Assembly: GCA_024626585.2 (NCBI GenBank)
Contig: JANKJI020000002.1
Span: 120,371,696-120,400,475, forward strand
Source: Ginkgo biloba
Lineage: Eukaryota > Plantae > Ginkgophyta
Direction of reading: 5' to 3'
DNA length: 28,780 nucleotides
The notes beneath the pieces are model-generated. The model did not search any database. It was not told the origin of the DNA and worked only from the letters and a program-made list of their open reading frames with translations. Positions 13,320 through 25,251 of this stretch are shown piece by piece. Every line of letters starts with the position of its first letter. Positions within the stretch are counted from its first letter, which is position 1. Made by a program: the position numbers and the translations under genes.

Positions 13320-14121
13320 TTCAGATTAGAGCAAGGTTGCATCGGGTAAAGGAAGGGGATGGGGGTTCTAATTTATTTTTTAATGCCCTTAAGCAAAAGC
13401 ATAGCTCAGAAGAAATTAAGGCTTTAGTTATAAATAGATGAAGGATGATTAGTAGGGATGAGATTCAAAATGAGTTTGCCTCATTTCAAATGAGTGTTTA
13501 CTGCTCAATTACCCACAAAGGACTCTAGAGAGGATCTTAGCAAGTGTCTTGAAGTAGTTCCAAAAAATATACTAGAATTGATTCTCATACTTGTGAATCT
13601 ACCCATCTCTTAAGGAGCTTAAACTTGCATTAGATTCAATTCCAAACTAAAAATCTCCTTGTATGGACAAACTTACCTGTAAACTTTATAAAGCTAGTTG
13701 GGACTTTATAGGGCCTGCCCTATTAAATATTACCAAGAAGCCCGAATAACTAGATCTTTAGGCCATTTCGTCAATCAAGGAAACATTAAGCTTATCCCCA
13801 AAGAGGGGGAGCCTAAACAATTTCTGATTGTAGGCCAATTACTTGGCTCAGTTTATCTTATAAAATTTTGTCCAAAGCCCTTGTTAGGAGGATCAAATAC
13901 ATTTTGCAAAGAGTGGTAAGGCCTAAGAAAACTGGGTTCATAAGGAGTAGGTACATTCTAAACAATTTGATAGTTGTATAAGAAGGCATGGAATGGACCA
14001 AAGAATCTGGGCAAGAAGTCTTGTTTCTTAAAATAGACTTCGAAAAAGCATATGATAAGGTTGAGTGGCCTTTTATCCTTGCAATGCTTAGGGCTATAGG
14101 GTTTGGCCCTCATTTTTGCAA
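13320..14121 (+). mobile_element. L1 LINE ORF2, N-terminal half of the reverse transcriptase, degenerate
   Basis: Motifs: IRARLHRVKEGD, KSPCMD, NQGNIKLIPKEG, RPIT..SLSYKILSKAL, GFIRSRYILNN, LKIDFEKAYDKVEWPFILAMLRAIGFGPHFC. Confidence 0.92.
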
Positions 14122-14569
14122 TGTTTGCAGTAGATTTGGAGCTGGCCAATCTGGCAAACCCCGATAAGCGAATTGCAGCGGAAACAACCGGANNNNNNNN
14201 NNNNNNNNNNNNNNNNNNNNNNNNNNNNNNNNNNNNNNNNNNNNNNNNNNNNNNNNNNNNNNNNNNNNNNNNNNNNNNNNNNNNNNNNNNNNATACATAG
14301 GAGTATACCCTTTAAAAATGAAAGGGTGTGCCTCATTTGCTAACTAATTTGTTCTTTTACTGTTTACTAACAATCGGTTTAATAGCCTATGCTTTAACAA
14401 TCGCTTAATCTTTGACAAATGAGCAGTCATCTTCGATGAATGAGCAAGAGCCTTAGACAAACGAGCAATAGTCGTTTGATGAGCGAGCAAGATTGGTTAG
14501 CAAACGAGTAGCGCCTGTTGAAATCTTTTTTGCCATGCTTCTGTGACTACTCCAAAACGGTTGTCAACA
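14122..14569. mobile_element. LTR-like insertion(s) interrupting the LINE
   Basis: LINE homology stops at TGT (14122) and resumes right after CAACA (14569), which fits canonical LTR termini. The segment contains a 100-N gap, and the flanks show no matching TSD. Confidence 0.5.
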
Positions 14570-15800
14570 AAATTCGTGTAGAAATGAGGAAGATGAGGGC
14601 CTAGGTCTGATTAACATGCATAGGAAAGGGATTGCCCTATGTACTAAGTGGTTAGATAGAGAAGCCAAAAGGGAAGAGTCTCGGAAGTTGTTCATAAGAC
14701 ACAATGTCTCTAGTGGGTCTCCTAGCTTATCCTTTCCAAATGCCATGGTATCCACATGCATCGTCAAAGTTAAAGGGTCTATGATTCTTTTAAGTGTTTG
14801 GGGTGCTTGGAATGCATGCAAACCATTTGTTAAATGGATCAGTGATGATCCCCATCTAGGCTTCTCTACAAGCCAAACCTCATTTTGTTGTCTCCCTTAC
14901 TCACATTATAAGGCATATTAGAATTTGATCATTGGTTGAAGCCAAGAGGTTGTCCAAGAAAGGGATCTCCATTCTGGCAGATTGTATGACTGGCAGAGTT
15001 GTGATTGGCTTAAATGGCAAGATCTTAAAAATCAATTTCATTGAAAAGCTTTGATAGATTTATTGTTGACAAAGTGATTGATCTAGTTCCGGATATAGTT
15101 TTGCCAAGATGGCCATCAAGCATTATGAAAAGTGGTGGGGAGACTGGGCAGTAAATCAATAGAAGAAATTGATGGCCTTCAATGCCTCCCGTGTGTATAA
15201 AACTCCAAAGCCTCCTTTTGAGTCTGCCCTAAGTGTTTCACTTAATAGGAGATAGAATTGTTCTTCCCCTATTCATAAATGGAGGCAGAGAATCTTGTTG
15301 ATTTGGTCAACACCTATTGAACCAAAAGGCCTTTCTTGCTTAGTCAATCATGCATCAAGGGATTGCTACAAGAGAGAGACTTTGCAAAATGGGTATTTGG
15401 GAATCTAGGTGCCCTATTTGTGGGATGAGTTTATCTTGCATTCAGTATGGTATTGTCCCCTTGCTAAGTTTGCATGGGCCTGGGTGTGTCTTTTACTCCA
15501 TCCCTTCTTTATGGTACTTTGAGTTGGAAATTTTATCTTATTTGGTCATGTCAAGCCATAATTAGGTGCCTTCCACAAAACTTGGTAACTACTCAAAGTG
15601 GAAATGTTACTCTACATATGGAAACATAGAAATGATGTTATTTTTGCCAATGCATCTCTTATATGTCTTTTCAATGATAGTATAAAACTATTTGTTTACG
15701 ATAATTTCTCTTTGCAGATTAGATCCCAAGTTCATAAGGTACAACTTGAAATGAATCATTAACAAGAGTTGTTGGATCATTGGGCCTCTGCACTTGTAAT
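14570..15800 (+). mobile_element. L1 LINE ORF2 3' part (post-RT and zf-RVT), degenerate
   Basis: Motifs: CRNEEDEGLGLINMHRKGIALCTKWL, MHQGIATRERLCKMGIWESRCPICG, LLKVEMLLYIWKHRNDVIFAN. Confidence 0.85.
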
Positions 15801-16235
15801 GTCAATAGAGTAACCCACCAATTTTGTAGATATTTCTCATCCTAGTTTTAGATTTGGGCATGGCCACAAAGGCTGAGGCAAAGAGCACAACACTAGAAGG
15901 CACTCTTCCATGAAGAGCCCAAGTTCAATATTTCTCGTCCTAGTTTTAGATTTGGGCATGGTCACAAAGGCTGAGGCAAAGACTGCAGTACTAGCAGGCG
16001 CAATACTAGCAGGCACTCTTCTTGTATGTCTTTTCAACGATAGTATAAAGCTATTTGTTTATGATAATTGCTCTTTGTAGATTAGAGCCCAAGTTCATAA
16101 GGTACAACTTGAAATGAATCATTTATAAGAGTTGTTGGATCATTGGGCCTCTACACTTGCAATGTCAATAGAGTAACCCCCCAATTTTGTAGATATTTCT
16201 CATCCTAGTTTTAGATTTGGGCATGGCCACAAAGG
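15662..16235 (+). repeat. Nested tandem duplication (363-bp period with a 98-bp internal sub-repeat)
   Basis: TATGTCTTTTCAA occurs at 15662 and 16025. TATTTCTC[A/G]TCCTAGTTTTAGATTTGGGCATGG occurs at 15831, 15929 and 16194. The array runs into an N gap. Confidence 0.95.
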
Positions 16236-16809
16236 NNNNNNNNNNNNNNNNNNNNNNNNNNNNNNNNNNNNNNNNNNNNNNNNNNNNNNNNNNNNNNNNN
16301 NNNNNNNNNNNNNNNNNNNNNNNNNNNNNNNNNNNATGTTGGCAACGATCAACTATAACAGGTACTACAAATGGCATTTCTTTCATTTTTTTTTTTGTTT
16401 TTACATCAACGTCTCCGTCCAGTAAGGGTAAAATCTTTCGTTATTCCATTAACTTCATTCCCATCCTTTTATCTCTGTTTTTCTGTTGATTTTTCGTCGC
16501 GTTCGGCGCCTTCTGCCAAAGAACATGGCTGCAATCTTACTGAATCGCAGCGGAAACTTATTTTGGACATTTTGATAAAAAAATGCTGTTGCTTTTACAT
16601 TCTAATGTCAGTAGTGTATGTAATGTGGTGTGGCTCCAGCAAGATTGTACTTTTGACCATGGGTTTATAAGCGCTACCCATTACGTAGACTGCTATTTGT
16701 AAGTAAAAACTCATGGTTGTAAACTTCTAGAAACTAACAAATAGCTTGAACATTGTGTGATGTTGGTTTAACACTTTAACATGAACATTTGGAACCTTTC
16801 TGTATGCAG

Positions 16810-16992
16810 GTGAAGAGTGTGCGGCTGCCCCGTCATGTTGCGGTGAGCAAAGTCTTCTGTGGCTCTGCTCTTGTTGAACTTTCATCCGAGGAAGAGGCGA
16901 GTAATGTTTTCACATTAAAATTCGTCTATGACGGCACAAATCTAGAACTTAAGCCAAAGAAAGATTTTAAAATAGAATATAAAACCATGTGA
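16810..16992 (+). pseudogene. Orphan exon of a La (lupus autoantigen) protein, RRM C-terminal half
   Basis: After an acceptor-like CTTTCTGTATGCAG, the frame reads VKSVRLPRHVAVSKVFCGSALVELSSEEEASNVFTLKFVYDGTNLELKPKKDF. This is the plant La1 signature (SVRLPRHV...FCG.ALVEF...LELKPKKDF). An in-frame TGA follows at 16990, and no other La exons were recognised. Confidence 0.8.
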
Positions 16993-18544
16993 GAAAGAGA
17001 AAGAACAATCCTCCCAAGGAGGTGATGCTAGTGGTTGGGATGGTTGGGCCTCAAATACTCCTATTGCAGTTGATTGGTCAGGTGTGGTAGTTGGGTGGAG
17101 TGATAACCTCCAATTAATTTGAAATTGAATTTTATGGAATGATTTCTCTTGAGTTGTTACTCCTTCAGAACCTCGTTTTATCAGGTTGTACAACTTTTTG
17201 GATTTCATCTATGGGGTTTGTATCTAGTGAACATATGTACATGTCTCTCCAATGCTATAAAGAGCTAGGTTTTGTCTTTTGGTTCCCAACGATGACTAGT
17301 GGTTTAAAATTAGTAAAGGTAGGGATGTGTTTTGTAGAGTGTAGTGGGACCTACTCACCCACTGGGCCCCATTTTTGTATGGAAAAATTCTTCCTATGAA
17401 GAGAGGCATCATTTCCAACAAAAATCACAAAAAACAAGTGAGAGTACTTGGGAGCATATATAATCTCTCTAGAACCATGTAACACCTTCTAGCAATAATG
17501 TAGAAGCAGTGCACAACAAAATTCATGTTCAACAATATGCACATATGTCTTTGCACAACCATTCCATTATTTTTTTTTCATTCACCAATGGCATAATAGC
17601 TTGTACAATAGTTTGCACCATCAAATAAAATATAGCAATGAAAGTGATCAACAACATATGAACAATCTCCTCAAGCATGGTCAAGCAAAAATCAAAGTTA
17701 GAACAACTTTATTTAATACCTACATTGCTATATATGAGTGTTTGAGTATGTATTATCAAGTTGCAAATGTAGCGTTGAGATTGTGGGTCTATTTCATGCA
17801 AAACATAAATCATACCAATCAACAAGACATCAAGAATCAATACCCCCAACCGCCCCTATATTTCAATAAGAAACCCCCGCATCGATCTTGCTTGTCAACC
17901 ACTACTAACTACTACTACTTCGATAGTATGCCAACTCACCCAAGATAACAAAAACAAATTCTCATTAATTAGTGGAAAGAATATATATGGAGATCAACCA
18001 AAGATCTGAATATGTATGCACAATGATGAATACAATTTATGTGGGACCCTTTACAAGTGAAGGGAAACCCCATAGAAGGTGATGAGCAATTGTTGGTGAC
18101 GGTTAGCATACTAAATCATGGGCATCCACAACCATGGCTGAGATTACAAAAATCAAAGTAATTAGAATTGGTACGGTTTCTAACTAGCATCTATTGGTGT
18201 ACCCCTAGGGTTCATTCCAAAAACCATATTGTCCATAAGGGGATGGCTACTGGACATTTGCTTAGGGAATTATCCTGATGCCAAAAAGAGGCCGAAGATA
18301 GACCTACACCTGGCATCCTCATCTAGTGCAGAGTGAAGGAGTGGAGTCTAGTAGATCATTAATAGGCATTGATGGTTACATTTATGCNNNNNNNNNNNNN
18401 NNNNNNNNNNNNNNNNNNNNNNNNNNNNNNNNNNNNNNNNNNNNNNNNNNNNNNNNNNNNNNNNNNNNNNNNNNNNNNNNNNNNNNNTGTTGACCGCCCC
18501 AACAAAGATGTTTGCATCCCACTTAGTGTCATTAGCAAAGTGTT

Positions 18545-21500
18545 AGGTTTAACCAATATTTATGCACCTAATGATGTTAGTGAGAGAGCTTCTCTTTTGC
18601 AATGGCTTGGTAAAGATCTCCCTCCAACTTCCTAGATTGTGGATGGTGACTTCAACATGGTTATGCATAAGGAAGACAAACTTGAGGTCCTACCACACAA
18701 GAGGCAACTAGATGAAAAGCCTACCTAGTTTCACATGAAGTCTAGGCTTGGTTTGCTTGACCCTAATAGGAACAAAAAGCATGACTCCCCCGAAGCATGC
18801 TTTACCTGGTCCAACTTTAGACCCAAATATGAGAGGGTTCTAAGAAAACTAGACAAAGTGATGATCTCCAACAATAACTTACTTAGGATACACCATGTGC
18901 AAGGGAGGCCTTGTCAAAGCCCTTAGCGATGCTACCCTTTATGACCACTTCCCTATCTATTTCCAAGTTTCCTAGGGTGAAAATAGGATGCTAGGGAGAC
19001 CCTCCTCTTTCAAAATGAATGTTTCTCACCTCCAACTCAGCTCCAGTGTGGAGGCCATCAAAAGACTCTTCTTCCTTATCCAATAGCCTCTTGGAGATAT
19101 TAGTTGGATTGATTGGTGGAATCAAGCCATTAAAAGGATTGCTTCTTTCCTCGAGAGTATGGGACGCAAATAGCTACCATCACAAGGTGGGCTAATAAAG
19201 AAGTGGCAAAAGAGCTTGATGAGATTCATTGTAACATAGAATTTGATCCCTTTAACGAAAGCCTATAAACTAGGGCTATGAAGCTTATTAATGCCACTGG
19301 GATGAGTGAAGTAAGAAAAGACAAAGAGGCCCAAATTAGAGCTAGACTCCATTGGCTTAAGCTAGGAGAGAGGGCCTCCAAACAATTTTTTCAAGCTCTG
19401 AAACAAAAGAAGACCTCTAAGCAACTCCATGTCTTACAACCACAGGATGATAGGAAAATTGTCCCTTGAGAAATTGCGGAAGATTTTCATGATCACCATG
19501 CCTCCATTTTCAAATCCCAATGAGAATTTGAAGCCCATACTATCGCATTTCAAACCTAGCAAAACGTTGTACCCAAGAAAGTTTGTTGAGCATGCCAAAG
19601 CTTGCAATGCTCCTTTAACCTTTGAATGCCCATTGATGCCCTAGAAGAAAAGGTTAAGTATAAAGCCCCAAAGATTGATGCCTTCCCTTGTGAGTTTTAC
19701 AAAGATATCTAGCACCACATAAATTCCATTCTACTCAAAGTCTACAAGGAACATCTCAAAAAGGAGCCTTAGGAACACTTATCAATTAGGGTAATATCAA
19801 GCTCATTCCAAGGCCTGATGATCCAAAGCTCATGAGTAGTTGGAGATCCATAACTTTGTTAAATGTGTCTTACAAGGTTCTTATTAAAGCTCTTGCCAAG
19901 AGAGTTGAANNNNNNNNNNNNNNNNNNNNNNNNNNNNNNNNNNNNNNNNNNNNNNNNNNNNNNNNNNNNNNNNNNNNNNNNNNNNNNNNNNNNNNNNNNN
20001 NNNNNNNNNNNNNNNNNNNNNNNNNNNNNNNNNNNNNNNNNNNNNNNNNNNNNNNNNNNNNNNNNNNNNNNNNNNNNNNNNNNNNNNNNNNNNNNNNNNN
20101 NNNNNNNNNNNNNNNNNNNNNNNNNNNNNNNNNNNNNNNNNNNNNNNNNNNNNNNNNNNNNNNNNNNNNNNNNNNNNNNNNNNNNNNNNNNNNNNNNNNN
20201 NNNNNNNNNNNNNNNNNNNNNNNNNNNNNNNNNNNNNNNNNNNNNNNNNNNNNNNNNNNNNNNNNNNNNNNNNNNNNNNNNNNNNNNNNNNNNNNNNNNN
20301 NNNNNNNNNNNNNNNNNNNNNNNNNNNNNNNNNNNNNNNNNNNNNNNNNNNNNNNNNNNNNNNNNNNNNNNNNNNNNNNNNNNNNNNNNNNNNNNNNNNN
20401 NNNNNNNNNNNNTGCAAGAAACTATGAAATGCATTCAAATTTTTGTGATGCTTCTAGGTCTAAGATCCAGTGGAAAAAGTCCCTTTGTTATTACCTTAGC
20501 CCCAAACAAATCCTTATTGGGCCAAAAGATTTGAATGGTCTTGGGTTACCACTAGAGAGAGATTCAAATTCCTAGGTATCCCCTTTGGATTCCAAGCCTC
20601 CTTGGGTGGCATGTGGCAATATGTGGTTGATAAGTTAAAAAGAAACNNNNNNNNNNNNNNNNNNNNNNNNNNNNNNNNNNNNNNNNNNNNNNNNNNNNNN
20701 NNNNNNNCATGTTAACACTCATGTATACTACTACTCTTGTTGGGTTCCCCAAAGTAAAACAAGGTCTAGGCATCATAGATCTACAAAGGCAAGGCACTGC
20801 CTTATGTGCCAAATGGATTATTAGAGCTCTCTTTGGCAATGAGGCTTGGAAGCAGTTCGTTTGGTAGAACATGATTGCAACATGCCTCTTGTGTAAGAAC
20901 TGTTGGAAGGGATTGCCATTGTGGGTTCCGCCATCTTCAAAAGTATGTGGCAAGCTTGATAGACCTATAAAATCTTCTTTAATTGGAGAGGCATGGATCC
21001 CAAAAGGGGGCTCTCAAGCCAATCCATTTGGTGGTCCCCTTTGAAAATGGATGGCATTAAGTGTCTTCAGGAGGTTAAGTGGCATTAGATTTTTCAGGAC
21101 ATCAAAACCTTGATGGATATATATGACTTCAAAACCGGTTAATGGAAAGACTGGGAGCTCATCAAGGTAGAATTTAGGTTCTACGAACAAGACAAAGTTG
21201 TCTTGTAAAAGATTATATCCATGATTCCAGATTATTTTTAGCTCAAGATGACATTCAACCCTTTTGAGGCCTAGTGGATGGATTGGGTATGGAACATTTG
21301 TAGAGTCGTGACCAAAGCTTCTGCCTCCCATTTATACTATTTNNNNNNNNNNNNNNNNNNNNNNNNNNNNNNNNNNNNNNNNNNNNNNNNNNNNNNNNNN
21401 NNNNNNNCAAAGGTCCAGAGGTTGTGGAAAGCCCCCTTGGAGACCAAAACAATATTCTTTGCTTGCTTTGTGATGTATCAAGGGCTTGCTGTTGAGGTTG

Positions 21501-21790
21501 ATGAAGATAGATGGCTATGATAGTAATTGCCCCTTATGTTGATAAATAGAGATGACTCTTCATCTATTTTGGTGGTCTAATTGGGCCAAACCTTTGTGGT
21601 GTAAAAGTTTGTTGCTCCCTTTTAGCCCATCCTTTTAATTGGGATTTTGCTCTATTTGGGGATCTTAGTCGTTGGTCAACTTCTTTCCATCAAGTTGAGA
21701 AAATTTTGAGGGTGGAGGTCATGTTTTGGATATGGAAAAATAGATGCAATGTTGCTTTTGGAAATATGCCTCTTGGTTGTGCAATGCCTA
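18545..21790 (+). mobile_element. L1 LINE ORF2 (endonuclease-RT-zf), degenerate, 5' truncated
   Basis: Motifs before the 503-N gap: NIYAPND..ER, GDFNMV, FTWSN, RKLDKV, DHFPI, IRARLHWLKLGE, KAPKID, GNIKLIP, SWRSITLLNVSYKVLIKALAKR. After the gap: KFLGIP, PKVKQGLGIIDL, CPLC...HLFW, WIWKNRCNVAFGN. Confidence 0.92.
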
Positions 21791-21792
21791 AC

Positions 21793-22020
21793 TGTTGGAA
21801 TGGATTTCCAATGGAGAACGATTACGTCACCAACAAGCACATATGAGCAGAATTAAGAAGATGCACACAGGACTTCGAGAACAAGAGTCTTCATTACAAT
21901 GAGGGGCAGTCCCGAACCCGGGACTACCCTGAGCAGTACATCAACAAACCCTTCGCTCTCCCTTCTCCTTCGATGTCCCAATATCAACAATTACACCGGT
22001 TTATATAAGTGGCGGAGGTC
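21793..22020. mobile_element. Probable LTR end inserted into the LINE 3' region
   Basis: LINE similarity ends abruptly at TGTTGG (21793), a typical LTR terminus. The sequence after it is richer in CpG and runs into a gap. Confidence 0.45.
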
Positions 22021-24894
22021 NNNNNNNNNNNNNNNNNNNNNNNNNNNNNNNNNNNNNNNNNNNNNNNNNNNNNNNNNNNNNNNNNNNNNNNNNNNNNNNN
22101 NNNNNNNNNNNNNNNNNNNNATTCTTAGAAGAACTTGCCTTTGCATATTTTGATTTTAACCCCTAAAAGAGTGGTTGTCACTGGCTCCACAGTTTTTAAA
22201 AGCATTTGGCAATCTTGGCAAATTTCTAAACCCCTCTTAAATTAGTGAGGTTTAGAACTCAAAAGATGCCTTTTAGTTGCAAACCATTCCATTTTTTAGT
22301 CACCTTTGATTATGGAAGGAAATAAATTTCTAGAGGAAATAAAATGATTCAGTGGCATCAAACTTTTGAAGAGATGATATGTATCTTAGTGGGAAAGTCA
22401 AAATTTCCCAATGTCATTAACTACAAATCCTAGAAAAGAAATGAGTAATTGTTGTGTCTAGAATTGTATGTATTCCTATCAAATTGAATCTAAAAAACTC
22501 AATAACAAAAATGGAACCACACAAATTTGTACACAAAAGACAAACATAAAACGTTTTAAGTAGAGAAACCCTCTTAGGGAATAAAACTCCAGAATTCATA
22601 AACTCCATCGTAACAAGGCTTACATTCCTTGTGCCTATGCAGCCCGCCAAGNNNNNNNNNNNNNNNNTTCTCATGGTTGAGGGGAGCTCTTTCGTCTTCC
22701 AAAAGACTCTCTCACATCTCTATCCCGCAAAAATCCTTTGTTTTCCCTTGCTAAATGCAGAATTGTATCAGCTTCCTCCTCTGAGTTGTTATCTGTTCTG
22801 CCCTTCTATCCTTCTCTCTATCTCCCTCTCATTCAGCTTCTTTATTTTTATTTGTTGCCTTTATATCTTCAATTTTCTTCCTTTCCATCCATTCGGTTTC
22901 CCAACCATAAAAGGAAGTTCAATTGTTCATCTAACTGAATTCAGTCAGTTTCCATGTCATGGCAGTGACGAGGACATCTAGCTCGACTTCCATCGTTTTC
23001 CTATTTTCTAAAAAAATTGAGTTTTCAATTTTCTATTTTTACTCTTCGATTGTTGTCACAAGCCAATCGGGCAAGAAGATCAAGTCGATCGGTTAAGACA
23101 TTCGAGCCGATCAATTTGTAAACAGTCAGAAGGTCAGGCAATCACTAAATTGAGTATAACTTTTGAACCGTAGCTTCCTTTTTCATGCTCCCAAGCTCAT
23201 TTTGAAGTTGGATCCGAAGGCTACAATCTGTACGGATTTTTCCCAGATTTGACCAAAAGTTCATTGTTCTCAAAATGACATAAAGTAAGTTTGGATCCAA
23301 AAATGGATCAGACCTCCCCTTTTTGGGGGTTTTGGTCCCACAAAAACTTCAGAACTTATGCAAGAGGTTTGGATACCTCTCTTGCACCTGTTCTTCTNNN
23401 NNNNNNNNNNNNNNNNNNNNNNNNNNNNNNNNNNNNNNNNNNNNNNNNNNNNNNNNNNNNNNNNNNNNNNNNNNNNNNNNNNNNNNNNNNNNNNNNNCAT
23501 TCAAAGGATGTTATGGCATGATTAGAACATTCAAAAGATGTTTGAGACATAGTGTGAGCATTCAAAGTGGTTTTGGGCTAACAAGAAATAGTGAGAGACA
23601 AACATTTGGCATTTATACTGTTACAATCGGAAGTAACTGACATCAACCACTAAGCCAATTTTGGCATGACTTATGTGCTTCTTATGATACCTACCCAAAT
23701 TGATTTTCACTATCACTCTAAGTAACAATATATGCTGAATCACCAGCGTAGTCATGCACTCACAAAGTTTCATCAACTATTTATACCAATAAACAGTAAA
23801 AAGCGAGGCAGATGTATCATACATGTATGCAGGTATAATTTGGGCAAATACAGACACCAACATAAGGTAGTAGATGTTCCTATACCTTATTTATTTACAG
23901 AGAAGTGAAAACGGCTGTAAAACTTGGAAGCAACTTACAATTTACATTGATTGAATGGGGAATCTACATAAAGCATTAATCTCTTCTTTGTCACAAACTG
24001 ATGAGCTCAAAAAACATGGATGCTAACATGTTAATCTTCAATACTTCGTCTAGAAGAAGAGAGCAGAGGATTGCTCAAATCCAAAAATAGCACAAATATC
24101 TGAAATGCATTTTGCATCATTATTTAAAATAGTGGGACATTGTGGAAATGCTTCGCCATGCAAATCACCATTTCAGTGTTTTGATGCTATATTCCTAATG
24201 TTGTTTTTTGTTTAATTTTCTCTAAGGTTAACATATAATATAAAGTCCTAATGGCTTAAACTCAGTCTCAAATGGGTTTTTAATAATTTGAACAGTACAT
24301 AAAACATTTACAATTTCGATGTCACATTTCACACCAATATTTCAGAAACTTGCGAAACACACATTGGAAAAGCAATATACATTTTCACAAAACTCTGCAA
24401 ACTATGAAATAAAGACAAAGGGTATACTGGGTATAATCCCACCAAGGCATGGCATTGGATCCTCTTATAATCATATGTGTGCATGATTTGCATGCTGACA
24501 TACATATACACAAATATTTCCATGTTTGAACTTGTGACTAGGCTTTGGTAAACCTCAAGTGCCTAACCATTCAAGCTACTCCACTTTGATGAAATTAAGA
24601 CATATCGTAACAGAATGCAATAGTGAGAAAACAACTCCAGGGACACCATATAACTGACTGGAGTAAATTTCATGCAACAAAGCTACTAATTCAAAGAGTC
24701 AACTCTTACGGAGTAAAGCATTTGAAAGGTTGGCACATGAATTACGGGTAAATTAACAAAATGCTATGAAAAAAAGAAAAAATGCTGTAGAGAAAGATCG
24801 ATCTGACTGCTCAAATCAGAATTACCTTGATGAGAGTATGCCAGAGAAACACAAGCTCTGGATATGTCGAAAACTGCATAGAAGAAATAATTCT

Positions 24895-25251
24895 CTAAGC
24901 AGTGCTCAATCCAGGTGAATTCCTAGATTGAAACCATAATGTCAATGCAATTCCTGTTGTTAGAAGCCATCCAACTCTATCAGGGCTCTCATGAAAGGGA
25001 GCCCTCATGTCTCTTAAACGAGACTCTAAAGCAGTCACTAATCCTTTATCAGAGAACTTGTGGGTGCCATGACCAGTATGAATACCAATCACAGGAGGCA
25101 ACTCCTCTCCATCTTCAACAGCTTTCAACAAACTGCTCATCCAATTTTGGAACGCAGCAAGGGCAGCACCCAATGAAAGAGTTTTCAGATTTAAAGACCA
25201 TTCTGTAGGGGACTTCGATTGAAGATCAGAATATACTTCAAATGAGATTCC
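24895..25251 (-). CDS. SVR7: C-terminal SMR-domain segment of the PPR-SMR protein (SVR7/ATP4-like)
   Basis: The open frame reads GISFEVYSDLQSKSPTEWSLNLKTLSLGAALAAFQNWMSSLLKAVEDGEELPPVIGIHTGHGTHKFSDKGL...APFHESPDRVGWLLTT...*. It extends 26 codons upstream of the ORF-track start and is bounded by TAA at 25254-25252. It matches the SVR7 C-terminus as I recall it (QWSLHLKSLSLGAA, INTGHGKHKYSDKGL, APFHEAPDKVGW). Confidence 0.9.
   Translation of the reverse strand, partial: GISFEVYSDLQSKSPTEWSLNLKTLSLGAALAAFQNWMSSLLKAVEDGEELPPVIGIHTGHGTHKFSDKGLVTALESRLRDMRAPFHESPDRVGWLLTTGIALTLWFQSRNSPGLSTA

Noticed and set aside
17601-17948. 115-aa ORF
   Set aside because: It has a non-ATG start and no recognisable motif, and is likely decayed repeat.
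19832-20575. Long ORFs of 184-247 aa, and the other X-containing ORFs in the track
   Set aside because: These are artefacts of translating through N gaps.
22121-23600. LTR/UTR-like non-coding blocks (similar blocks at 780-1754, 5520-6560 and 7577-8100)
   Set aside because: Probably retrotransposon-derived, but I cannot support boundaries or family from the sequence.
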